Shown one piece after another: positions 34,435-45,924 of a stretch of 64,000 nucleotides of DNA. The notes below the pieces were generated by a model. That model was not told the origin of the DNA, did no database searches, and saw only the letters and a list, made by a program, of their open reading frames with translations. Within the stretch, counting starts at the first letter, position 1, and every line of letters starts with the position of its first letter. The DNA comes from Flectonema sp. DT1601 (Eukaryota). A program made the translations under genes and the position numbers. The stretch lies in NCBI GenBank assembly GCA_964019425.1, contig OZ025805.1, positions 1-64,000 on the forward strand, read 5' to 3'.

Positions 34435-34943
34435 GAATATGTAGTTTCAGGAGCCTTAATCTTATACTACTCGTCCCTATACTACTCGTCCCTTTTTAGT
34501 CCTTCATCAGTACGTTCTAAGGGACTTCATTCTATGTTGAAGTTGCTATCGTTCAAAGATAAAAATCCATCGGAGCTCGCCAGGATAGGGCTAGCAATGT
34601 TTATTTGCTTTTGCTCAATTTGAATTTTTGACGTCTCCTGTGAAATCTGAAAGTTAGTTAGAATATGAGTTTGTTATAAAAAAGTGCACTAAAATAAAAT
34701 ATAAAAAAGAAAAGTTATAAAAACACATTGTTCTGCTGTTCCATAATATACTGTGGAATACGTAGTTTCAGGCCTTAATCTTATACTACTTGTCCCTCTT
34801 AGGCCTTCATCAGTAAGTTCTAGGGACTTCATTCCAGTTAAATAATAAATCGGATCCATCAATTGGTCTATTTCAAAAGAACTGATTTCTTAATGTCCAT
34901 CGGAGCTCGCCAGGACGGGCTAGCATATATTTGCTTTTGATCA
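34435..34943 (-). repeat. Two ~185-bp diverged direct repeats (34435-34618 and 34755-34943), pLTR-like, each with a hammerhead-like core
   Basis: Shared blocks gtagtttcagg..ccttaatcttatactac..gtccct..ccttcatcagta..gggacttcattc..tccatcggagctcgccagga. On the minus strand: CTGATGA-AGGCCT...AGGCCT-GAAAC. Confidence 0.7.
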
Positions 34944-37900
34944 GCGTTCTATCTCTTCTACATCTGTTCGTTTTATTACGAGTGCGAGTTCTCCTTCATC
35001 GGAGCTGTAGTCGTCTTTCTTGCGCTTTTCCTTAGTGTTGGTGAGGAGTAGAATTCCTTCATTCGAGGGTGCCATGGTACAGTCGTTATCATTATTATTA
35101 CCCTGCAGAGTTTTTCTTAAAATCATGTGAAAACAATATTCTGGGCGTTTAAAATGTCTGTCAAAATGGTCGAATGATAATCGTCGGTCTGTCGCTCCTT
35201 TGAGAATGTCTCTAACAATAATGGAATCAAAGGAGACAAGGGCCACCATGTAGTGTGACATTCTAGCACCAGCTTTGTTTAAAATGAATGCGGCGGCTAT
35301 TGTTGGGTAGTCCATAGAACTGGGATCTACATATTGGTGGATTTCCCTGTTGAGTTTATGTTTACTTGCTACCCCCAGAACGGTTAAAGAGAACCAGCCA
35401 TCGGGGATGGTTTTTGCTCGTTGCTGCCAGGTTCTACTTTTTGATGTTCTTCGTAGAATGTTTGTTGTAGTTCTTGCAAATAGCTGAAATTAATTCGGTC
35501 AAGATAAAGATGGTCTGCAACAAAATTCAGCGATGCCCATCCACACTCACCTCCAATTAGACCTTCCCCTGAAGATTGATGTGATTGTATTGGGAATCGT
35601 TTGTCTAAGGTGTGAAGTGTGGAACTTTTATGATTAATGGTGTCTTTTTCGTCGCTTACAGGGATACCATGATTAAACTTTTCGGAAGTAATATTTAGTC
35701 GTCTTCGAATTGCAGCTGCAACATTGCCATCGTCAATATATAAGTTGATAAAGCTGTGACAAGCTACTGCGAGGTTCTTAAACTTGTATCCTCGGTTGAG
35801 TAGTCTGTATGTTACGAACTCGAGCTCTTGTAGAAGATCTGCCTGATTATTACATATTCTGAGTGCTCGTAGGAGCATGGTGGTGAAGATACCAGTACCC
35901 ATCGATTCTTGAGCAGCTGAGTGCTAGTGGGTGAATCTTGTTGGTATGATATGCCAACCACGCGCTTTGTCGTTCACGCTAAGACGTATCCACCTGCTGT
36001 TTGATCTGGTGGTTTCGATTCGGATTCTAATTCCAATGTATGAAACATCATCAATACCATTAGAGGTCTCGGTGTAGTTCATGGAGTATAATTCTGCTGG
36101 TGGTGGGTTGCAGTTCCATGTAAGGAAATCGTCTATGTACCGGCAAGAGTAGTCGTGTTTGCGTGCTAAATCTAACTCTCCTTTTGCTACAAGGTCATCC
36201 ATAAATTTAGATTCGATTCTGTAACAGTAGAGATTAGCTATATCGCTACTTGCGTTGCCGCCCATGGGAGTGCCAACTACTTGTCTCCATAGTTTTCCTC
36301 TCATTGAAATTAGAGAATTATCCACACAAAAGCCTAGAAGCGCTCTACATTCCAACTGTGATAAAGCACGATAGGTCGCAGGGTCATTAGATTCAAGTCG
36401 CATAATATTCTTGAATTCGAATGCTTCTTTAATTGCTTCATTCACTTTATCTTTGATCTCCTGGTGGGGTAGTCGTGTATACATCGTAGTGAAGTCGTGT
36501 GTCTTGGGAGATAGGCCTTTTAGTCGAGTTGTGTTTAATTTAATATCAGCAGCTATGTCTTTATCAGATTCGACTATCCAATAACGTTTGTATTTTGAAT
36601 TCATATCTTTTTCTTTTAGTAAAGCCATCACATTTTTAAGAATACTTGATAGATGCAGATGGGCGTGTGTTGTGGCTGTTGCGGGTGCCGTTTTGTGCTC
36701 CTTGTCTAATTGACGCTGCTTCTCCGTTCCTGTGAGTGAAGAGGCTCCCGAAATCCATCTCATCCCAATAGCTGACTTGTGCAATTTAATCATGCCGTAG
36801 AGATGTGGTAGCCTATCTGCATGCTTGTTTCCTAAGATTTTATTATTCTCAGCTAAGAAGGCTAGAGTGATTTCCTCTGTTGCTTTCAATTGTTGATAGG
36901 CTGGACCTCCTAATTGTTTGCTGAGGAGACTCAGGTAGAAGGATTTACAGATGAAACCAATATCATGTTGTCCTTTGTCTACTTTTAAGAGAACCATCGA
37001 ATTTTGTAGTGAAGAAAGTTCTTTGAGAGCTTTGCTTGACAGCGGGGAGTCAAGGAATGAAAGGTCTCGGCTCAGTTTGGTGTGGAGATGCTTAAGAATT
37101 ACGTTTTTGAAGCGAAGTTTAATATCGTCAGTGGTGTTTCTGTAAGCTTTATCTACGTAAACTGCTATGTCGCTTTCGAGCGAGTCCATTGCTGCAGCGG
37201 GGTGCTTTGGAACTCTGAATTTCTGTCCTCGTGCAAAGAAATCTCGTAATTCGGCAGATACGGGAAGATTTACTGCTAGACCGCAGGCGTGGCCATCGAA
37301 TTTAATACTTCCTGGAACGAGAGTACAACAGGGACATGGTGAACAGAGGGGTTCATCGCATCCATTCCCAACAGAAGTGGCGTTTAATACAATATCTCCT
37401 ACACTCGCCGTTACTGGGAGAATCGCTGTTGCTTTCTTTTCCTGTGCTGAGTGATATGCTTAAGTTCAGCACGTAGATCTTCAACTGCTGAGGTCGGTAA
37501 GAAGTAAATCGCAATCACATTGGCCTGCCGTAAGACGAGTCCCACAAGACCGACCACGTGTGGTCGCTCAAAGGTCCGAGGACCCTAACCTTAAGTAGAG
37601 GGGACGTCAGAAGAAATCAGTTGTACCCAGTTTGTGACAGATTCTAGTTCTGCTTAAGGTTTTTAAATTTGGACAGACTGCCTTAACTTCGTCACTGTGT
37701 AGAATTGCTCCTAGATTCAATCTATCTAAGGCCTTGTGGCTGACGTTCAGTTTAAGCCAGTAGCTGTTTGCTTCCTTTTTGTTTTTGAGACGGCGTAGTG
37801 TTGCTGGATTCAATCTTTCCATAAAGCAGCTCTCGAGGTACTTTACACGGGCTGTGTAACGTTCTTGGTGGAAATTAGAACGAAGGAATTGAAGTACCTT

Positions 37901-38203
37901 TGTAGTTGTATTTGTTTGCCAACGAGTAAAGTCGTAGTTCGAAAACTCGTCTTCAAGCATAGCAAATAAAAAGTTGAGCTTCGATGGCAACCATTTGTAG
38001 GAAGTCTCAACTTCAAAGGACACACCATTTTCTAATGTAATTGTTGCGGTTGGTTTCGATTGTTGGAATAATTCAAAGTCCTCGCCATCATCGTTAACTT
38101 CACTGAAATAAAACCTGTTCTGCTCGTATACATTCTGTGACTTGAAAGATGGCATCTGTTGTTGGCGAACAGGGCTGTGAATCGAACCAGATAAATACAA
38201 CAT
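34755..38203 (-). mobile_element. Degenerate Penelope-like retroelement (Naiad/Chlamys-like RT) with C-terminal Josephin-like domain
   Basis: PLE RT motifs KVDKG, PHLYGMIKLHK, DFTTMYT, GTPMGGNAS and RYIDD. Upstream CPC...GH...GQKFR block. Disrupted by a break at about 37400-37620, an in-frame TAG at 35924-35926 and a frameshift near 35400. Confidence 0.82.
35384..37400 (-). pseudogene. Penelope-like reverse transcriptase with in-frame premature stop
   Basis: ORFs 35924..37189 and 35384..35902 share a frame (RFTH*HSAAQESMG). The RT core and thumb-like region continue across the stop. Confidence 0.85.
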
Positions 38204-38206
38204 CTC

Positions 38207-38490
38207 CAGTCGATAGGGTGGCTATCTCTGCTTCATAAGCAGGATCTTGTTTCAGTAATCCGCACCCATTTCAGTTACAAAGGGGCAACCGCCGGAGCCA
38301 TCGCATTCGCTCGTGATGTGATCCACAGCAAGGCAACCAACAGCGGACGAATCATTTTGTATTTTTTTATTTTTGCACACAAGAACTGGTTGACAATAAA
38401 GTGACGGGAAGTTGCTACGCTTGCAAAGAACACACGTACGTGTTAAGAAAATAAAATAAAAAAGATACAAGTACTCAATGATAAATTCTA
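38207..38490 (-). pseudogene. Truncated, diverged copy of the 5' end of the large secreted-protein gene at 39516-43955
   Basis: gggtggctatctctgcttcataagcaggatcttg, cacagcaaggcaaccaacagcggac and caagaacacacgtacgt-like blocks are shared with 43817-44095. It breaks off where the PLE begins. Confidence 0.85.
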
Positions 38491-39515
38491 ATCCCAGACC
38501 TGGGGACAGATCGAGGCCCTCATTTAGATAAAAATAATTTTGTAATTCGCATGATTCAAATACCGCGTTGGGGTTGGATAACTATTAACCATGATGGCTA
38601 AGTTATAGTGAGTGATTGCACATGAGTACTGCCTTCTGGGGAAGAGAGAACAGATCAGTAGTGTATTGTCTATGAAAGAAGCCTCTGACAATAATCCCTT
38701 TCTTGAGGGGTGAAGAGCAAAAATAGGGTTAAAGAATCACTTTCATAGGACTTGGTGCTGCTACTCAGAAATCAGAAAACCCTTTACGAACAAAACATTT
38801 TTGCTATTTCACAGTCGCTGAGACCAATTTAACCTAAAAGAAACAACTTGGGTTTGGTTTAGTTTCTGTGACGCAACTACAGAAAAAGGAAAATGGGAGA
38901 CAAACATTGCACCGGGTCAATTTTATTTCCTTCCATTTTGTATTTTGTGTTGTGTCCTTGTGTGGATGGGAAAAAATAAAATGATATCACTGATACGAGT
39001 GAGAGACTACTCTACACTCAACTGGGAGGATAGAAATACTTTAAAAAAAACAAAAACGGCAGGTTCTTCCAGTGGAAAATAGATAATTTGCATCTCAAAA
39101 CCTGCAAAACATTTCAAAATATTTTTTCTTATTCAGAGAGAGGAGGACAATTTTCTATCATTTCGATTCGTTGTTTTTTTTTTATTCATTTTTCTTTTTA
39201 TTTTTCTTCGTTTTCCTTTTTAATGAAACTTAACTTATTTTCAATAATAAATTAAGCAGTCATTGCGAACTTTTCGGAAAAAGGAAAAAAAGAAAAGAGA
39301 GGAAGGGAAAGGTTAAAAAACCAATAATTATTGGCTGCGAGAAAAACGGTTGAAAAAGGGCTTCTTCTAACATACACATACTAGACCCAGAGTAAAAGCC
39401 TAGAGAGAAAAACGTTTGTGGTTAGGAACCTGAACGTTTTACTGAAGCATCGTAGGCGACCAGTTTCCTTCGAGAATCCGCAAATGGTGCGGATTTATGG
39501 ACTCACGACCATAAA

Positions 39516-42500
39516 TCAAAGTTGCTGATTTCGTACAAGGTACTGCGGATGCACACTTGGATCAGTGGGAACTCTGGGATCAATGCTTGAGTAAAAGGGT
39601 GTTTTCAGCAGCCATTGGATAATTCTGTCAAAACCTTTCTCAGAGACTCCATACGTAACTGAGAGACCCGAAACTTGGTATCTGGCTACAGCGAATCCCG
39701 AAGTTCCCGCCAGATTCCTGACATCATCAGCCACAACGTAAGCTCCGATACATTCAAAAGCAAAATTGAACACGCGAACAAAAACAGAATCCTCCATAAT
39801 ACCACTTACAGCAAACCGATCAGTTCCAACTACCGACATACCAACGAATGGGTATGACGCGTACATTGCTGTTTCTAATGTACCTCCCTGCTTTTTAATG
39901 GTGATCTCCCCACCCAATCCGGACACCACGTAAAGTTGGCATTCGACAGCAGCGAAAACAGAACCAGCTTGCGCGTAGCAAACAACAACCTTGTCTCCGC
40001 CGACGTCGATCTTCGGCGAGTAAGCATTTGCACCCGATCCTGTGATGGCCACAGACTTCAGCACCACACCCGCAGTGCTCACAACTGACAGGTACAATTT
40101 TGCACCAGAAACACCCATAGAATTCGCCAATACGTAGTGACCACTAGAAAAGAACTCGAAATCATAATGAGTGAATGATTGCATTTCCGGGAATAGTGAA
40201 ATCTGCGTTCCAAGTGGATCACCGTATTTCTGAAAAAACAGACTAGCTCCAACAGTGTCATCCCCGTCTCGGTAAACTATGGCCATTTCACTTCTCCCTT
40301 CTGCTGCTAACCTGGGACTTGCAATTACTCCAACAGCAGGGATAGAGGTTGACAACTCTGTAGGAATACCTACACTGTCCAGGGGGAACTCGTAAAAATG
40401 GTACGTCGTTCCCTCGCGCAAGACCATGAAACCTAATTCGCCAACAACGGAAACATCAAATGACCGAATGCTATCAGAAACTGAAATACTTAAAGCTCCC
40501 TCCCCACGAACCTCAGTTTTGGTACCATCAGGTGCTGTCTTAGAGAGCGCAGGATATCTGTTATTATTTCTCCGAAAGTTGGAAAGGAAAAACGTCACAA
40601 CACCACCATCAGAGGTCGTCCTCGAAGTAGGCATCACAAAAGTGCTGCCCTCGAGTGTCGCACCTATCGTCTCCCGAGTTTCTAATTTCCCAAATGCTCT
40701 GGAGTATACTGACCAAGTACTTTCATCTTGCCGCCACTTACTAGCCCATGATACCAAGATAATGTTGTTCAAAACCGCTACCGTTGAGTCAAACTGCTTC
40801 CTGTGCGTGTAGCTGTTAATCAACACATCTTCCGTAGTCGGCACCATGTCGGAAGAGAACTTCCTAAAATAAGCATCCTGAACATCCCTCGACAAATAGT
40901 AATTCCACGAAACCACAAATGAATCGTCATCAAAGACGCAAATTGAAGAAGGGCGGTGGTTGCCTTTGGTGTTAACATTAACACGGAAGTCAGGAACAAC
41001 CTTGGTGTGCGCGGAATCGGAATCGAAAACCGCAGCCATCACATTAAACAGTGCCGCGGCGCTTGCCCATGTTACTATGAATCTAGAGTCCGAGAACAAA
41101 GCAACTTCAGGGAACGACTGACACCCCAACATCACAGTGTTTATTAAAAACTCAACTGGTTCCCTTGATGTGAAGTCTGCGGAATTATAAGTTCGTCCAT
41201 ACACACCGTAACGAGACCCATCCTGACCATAAGACTGCCAAACAACGACAATCAGGGTACCATCCATTGCAACAGACGGGCTCTTCTGCGTTGAAGCAGT
41301 GGTGATATGAACTACAACTTCGGATCCTTTGCCTGAGGTCGTGAAGGGAACCATGTGAATGTCTTCAAAAGTACTCGCATCCTCATCACTTTGCCAGACA
41401 ACTACATATTTATCGCCAACTTTATCAGTAGCAACGTCGGGTCTCGCATCCTTGCCGGCAGACTCCCCGACAGTTTGTGGCGGACTCGCAACACCATCCT
41501 TATTGAAATGGCGAACCCAGACCTGGACACCCGAAGCTAAGCTCGTCTGCCATGTCACGTAAAAACCTACCTCAGAACACGCCACACTCGGCTGGTCATG
41601 ATTGGACGACGGGTCTGATATCATGAATTCCGTGTTCCCAACGGGAGCTTCAGTTGTTTCCACTATCCTCCCGAAGATTGATGAATACCCACCAGAACCC
41701 ATCACCCACACAATTACAACTCGATCGCTTCCAATAGAACAAGACTCTGGTGAGTGTTGACTACCCTTGCGAGTACTTAAAGAAAACTCCGGTCCGCTAT
41801 CAAGAGCAAAGGGTTTAGCAATTACCCCTTCGACAACCATGACATGAGGCTCGGTCATTCGATAGACCAGTGACAGCACAGTTGGGGTGGCAATGAGAGT
41901 AGGACTACGGACGTTTCCCTGGAAGTAACTATTTGCAATTGGGTTGACATTATTCGATATTGCAGTACCAAACTTGTCCAAGTGACAGACACCGATGTTT
42001 TGCCCATGTGACGTATAATATATTCTGAACGCAACGTAAATCGAGTCATCAACGGGGGACGGAGCTATGGATAGTGAGTGGTGTTCCAGAGCTGGATAAT
42101 CATCTGTTCTATGGTAAAGTGTTATCCATTCTTTAAGAGCAGGGAATTCTGCTCTGAAGGAATAGATGAAGGACCCAACAAGATCTACGAACACAAGTAC
42201 ACTTTTGTCAGAAAACATGTGCGCAAATATTCGCCTATGTTTACTGGTAGTAGTATGAGTCTTCTCGGGACCTATGAATCCCTCTCTCGTGAATTCCCTG
42301 TAATTTACTATCGTCCTCTCTGAGTTGGAGTAAAAGACCACATTTTTCTCCCCATGACAAGCTAATTCTAAAGCCACAAAATCTCCGATACTTGTTGAGA
42401 GTGATACTTGGGTGGTGTTTCCAAAAAACGCTATGAGATTACCTGAGGAAGATGCATCAACAACACGAAGTTCATTACCACACACTTTACCCGCCAAACT

Positions 42501-43955
42501 AGATTGATACCCAAGTGTTAAGTACGGCACATTCTTCGCTGCTGAGCCAATTGTGATGTCGAATATTTTATAGCCATAATATACAAAAAGAATATCTGTA
42601 TTCGTCAAACTGCCCCATGTTATTGCATAATCGGAGTCAAACGTATTATTATACGTTGTTCGAACACCGTCTTTGACAAATTCATAATACATGAATCCCT
42701 TCACGGTAACTACACCTTCTTCATTCCTGATAGTCTTATTATTGTACAGAATCACTCTCCCACCTGTGTCAATTCTTGTTCCTGAAACCGTTGCCACATC
42801 CGACTCGCGACCACCACCAATTGAAACCTGAACTTCAGGAACGTTTTTGTAAGTAGCATATAGAGCAAGGGTGCTAGAATCTATATAAATTACGAACCAT
42901 CCCCCCTGCCCGAGCTGCGCTGCAGACACGCTTGTCACTCCTCCGTGGGAAATTCTATTATCGCGTCGGGAGTTGTAGTGATCAACAAAGTTTTCGTTTA
43001 CGTAGTCAAAGGTTTCTTTCCCAAACAATACAACAAGGCAATTGTTGTCTACATTACCAACACCGAGTGCCACGTGGGAGTCTAAAGGTTCAGTGTATCT
43101 CCCAGAAGTTTGAACCGCAAAGTCACTTGTCCACAATCTGAATTCAGAAGCAGAGGCGGAGTGCATTCCCAAAGTGATTAGCGGAGGATCTCTTCCGTAA
43201 GTTCTCGAAAACACTATTTGTAAGTAACCATCACTAGGGCCAGGATCAATATCCACAACGTCTTCCGTCCGCGTGAACGAAGAGTCAAGAATCATGTAAT
43301 GAGTGGAATTAGTTACCGATGTTGCGTATGCCACGACAATTCTATTTTCAGATGCTTCAACCATGTCGAAGACACTAGGCGTTGATGGTTGGAAAAGGTC
43401 CGTCTCCTCTGCGAAACCCGTCCCACCAACTTTGAAGAACGATGCATTCGTCCCACCCTTGAACAACAACACGACTTCCCCACTTCCCAAAGCGAGGATG
43501 CTGTGTCCATCTGAAATGTGCGGAGTACTCGTATTGAAGTTCGACACGTGGGTTGCCGCCCCCATGGGACTACCGTTGGAATCAAACTCTCGACAATATA
43601 ATTCATTTCCATCTTCATAGGCCACCATGAATCCTCCGTGAGATAATGCCGCCAGATCCCGACTCTTACGGTTGAAAACTACGTCGTGTGACGACATAGC
43701 TTGATATATTATGAAAGTCGGGCTGCTGACAGTCGGGTTGGTGTCGGTGAAAACCCGACCCTGTAATTGGAACAGGGTGGGATCGAACCAGACAACCACA
43801 ACGTCTCCCGTCGAAAGGGTGGCTATCTCTGCTTCATAAGCAGGATCTTGAGTTTCAGCAATCTGCACTCCCATTTCAGTTACGAACGGAATCGTCGGAG
43901 TCATCGCATTCGTTAGTGTGACCCACAGCAAGGCAACCAACAGCGGACAAATCAT
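39516..43955 (-). CDS. Large secreted beta-strand-repeat (propeller-like) protein, about 1479 aa
   Basis: Signal peptide MICPLLVALLWVTLTNA after an A-run. Repeats of the form EFxINT...Q..PxVA...FVVxWxS (e.g. QKSPSVAMDGTLIVVVWQSYGQDGSRYGVYGR). The 3' end may be spliced further. Confidence 0.8.
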   Translation of the reverse strand: MICPLLVALLWVTLTNAMTPTIPFVTEMGVQIAETQDPAYEAEIATLSTGDVVVVWFDPTLFQLQGRVFTDTNPTVSSPTFIIYQAMSSHDVVFNRKSRDLAALSHGGFMVAYEDGNELYCREFDSNGSPMGAATHVSNFNTSTPHISDGHSILALGSGEVVLLFKGGTNASFFKVGGTGFAEETDLFQPSTPSVFDMVEASENRIVVAYATSVTNSTHYMILDSSFTRTEDVVDIDPGPSDGYLQIVFSRTYGRDPPLITLGMHSASASEFRLWTSDFAVQTSGRYTEPLDSHVALGVGNVDNNCLVVLFGKETFDYVNENFVDHYNSRRDNRISHGGVTSVSAAQLGQGGWFVIYIDSSTLALYATYKNVPEVQVSIGGGRESDVATVSGTRIDTGGRVILYNNKTIRNEEGVVTVKGFMYYEFVKDGVRTTYNNTFDSDYAITWGSLTNTDILFVYYGYKIFDITIGSAAKNVPYLTLGYQSSLAGKVCGNELRVVDASSSGNLIAFFGNTTQVSLSTSIGDFVALELACHGEKNVVFYSNSERTIVNYREFTREGFIGPEKTHTTTSKHRRIFAHMFSDKSVLVFVDLVGSFIYSFRAEFPALKEWITLYHRTDDYPALEHHSLSIAPSPVDDSIYVAFRIYYTSHGQNIGVCHLDKFGTAISNNVNPIANSYFQGNVRSPTLIATPTVLSLVYRMTEPHVMVVEGVIAKPFALDSGPEFSLSTRKGSQHSPESCSIGSDRVVIVWVMGSGGYSSIFGRIVETTEAPVGNTEFMISDPSSNHDQPSVACSEVGFYVTWQTSLASGVQVWVRHFNKDGVASPPQTVGESAGKDARPDVATDKVGDKYVVVWQSDEDASTFEDIHMVPFTTSGKGSEVVVHITTASTQKSPSVAMDGTLIVVVWQSYGQDGSRYGVYGRTYNSADFTSREPVEFLINTVMLGCQSFPEVALFSDSRFIVTWASAAALFNVMAAVFDSDSAHTKVVPDFRVNVNTKGNHRPSSICVFDDDSFVVSWNYYLSRDVQDAYFRKFSSDMVPTTEDVLINSYTHRKQFDSTVAVLNNIILVSWASKWRQDESTWSVYSRAFGKLETRETIGATLEGSTFVMPTSRTTSDGGVVTFFLSNFRRNNNRYPALSKTAPDGTKTEVRGEGALSISVSDSIRSFDVSVVGELGFMVLREGTTYHFYEFPLDSVGIPTELSTSIPAVGVIASPRLAAEGRSEMAIVYRDGDDTVGASLFFQKYGDPLGTQISLFPEMQSFTHYDFEFFSSGHYVLANSMGVSGAKLYLSVVSTAGVVLKSVAITGSGANAYSPKIDVGGDKVVVCYAQAGSVFAAVECQLYVVSGLGGEITIKKQGGTLETAMYASYPFVGMSVVGTDRFAVSGIMEDSVFVRVFNFAFECIGAYVVADDVRNLAGTSGFAVARYQVSGLSVTYGVSEKGFDRIIQWLLKTPFYSSIDPRVPTDPSVHPQYLVRNQQL

Positions 43956-45924
43956 TTTTTTTTTTTTTTTTTTTGCACTACGAAAACTGATTAACAATAA
44001 AGTGACAGGAACTGCTGCACCATCAAGAACACACGTACGTATTGAGCGAAAAAATAAAAAAAAGATACAAAAGTACTCAATGATAAATACTAATAAAACT
44101 TGGTTCATATCTAGAGCCCAGAAACGACAACAGACGATGCTTTCGGCGTCGGCCGTGTGAAAGAATGATTTTATAAGGCAGCTTATGACAGGTATTACTT
44201 ATTCTGTTGAGAGATTGAGAAGTTGATCATTTTATTGTGCTGAAATAAAGGAAAATAACTGAGACGAACAGAAAAATAAAAAACCAAAAGCAGTCAAGCG
44301 ATCCATTAGAATCGGATATTTTACAAACGAAACGAATAAAAATAAACCGCAACTAAGCAACCTGTAGCAGTGTTTTATTTCAGTTCATCTTTTATTATCC
44401 CATCGAGGACTCCTTTTAGTTTGTTGGTAGTGACCAATGCTTAGGTTTTTCTTGTCTATCACAACACCAATCTGAACAACAATTTGAGACACATCAATGA
44501 TTAGGGAAGTGGAACCCTTTTTTTGTATTTTTTTCTGCCAAAGTAGTCCGTTTCCGGTGTTTCCATTCTCAAAAATACTGCAACGGCATTGTTGTTATTC
44601 GCACATTTTTTTGACTGCCGTTTGAAAAGAATATACGAAGTAGCATTCAGGCACTTTAACAAACATCCCGAAAACCCACAACTTGCGTACCTTCATTTCA
44701 TTCAGTAGTCACCTGTAAAAGAAGGTATTCGACTAACAAAATGAAAATGCCGCTCCTCAATCAATTAGCAGAGGTCTGAACGGATTTGCCAGATGCGTTC
44801 GCAGTGTTTTCGTTCAAAAAAAAAAGGGAACGTTTCTAAACACACGTAACGTTTGTCACCACCAGTAAAAGGAAAGGAAGAGTTGATAGGATAATGCTAT
44901 GTAGACGACCCCTCAAACCTTCTACAGGCGAAGAAGAGATATTTACTTTATTAGTTGCTTGAAAGAAAAAGCTAATTCTCGAAATCTACCGTAACAAACT
45001 GGTCTTGACGATCGCCGACACGTTCAACTATGGGTCGGCGCTAATTTCCCTCCGGTACTTGACAATGCTGCATTATTACTGAAATAGATTTAACAAGAAA
45101 CTGTAGCTTTGGAATCGTTGGTAGAGAGAACGGAAAAGTGAGAATAAAAAATAGAGATAAGCAAAAGAAAAGCATACATTTCTGCAGTTTCTTAACAATT
45201 TTTTTTTTTTTTTTTTTTTTTGTGTTATTATTAAAAAGAAAAAGAAGAAAGTATTCTTGACTGCGAAATGAAAATTAAATTTTAAAAATAATAATTAGAT
45301 TTATCTCAAAACTATACAGAAAGTAAGAACATAATAATTTGTGAACGTTTTGTTTATTTTGTTTGTGTCACGAAACCCGTGAACTGACTTAAACTGATAA
45401 AGCTAAAGAAGGTTTACGTGTGCTGCCCCCCCCCCCCAACATTATTTTTTCGTTCTTACAATACTCGTTAAATGTAAAAAAAAGAAAAAAAAGAAATTCG
45501 ACCATCATTCTAATCAAAGATTGATGAGAATCACTTTTCTTTCTTTCTTTTTTTTTTTTTTCATTATTTTATTAATTATTTTTTCATTACACAACAAAAT
45601 CCCTCGCTCGGGAAAGATGTGCGAGTTTTCCTTTTTCGAAGAAATATTTCATCATCAGCTACAGAAATTTATTTCAGTTTCACAAGTTCACAAAAATAAA
45701 ACATTTCCACAGAAAATAAAAACAAAAACAAAACTTCAAGAATCAATTCACCACTTTATCCTGAATGATCAATCGCTGCTTTCACAGACTCCTCAAAGAG
45801 AGCGCTATTACTTTCAGGCAGCTGCACAGATTCAAGAGCGTTGCATTTACTGAGAAAGCAATCACCAATAGTGGTGACTCTACTAAGACCTGAAAGGTCA
45901 AGAGAAGTGATTTGTGAACAACAA

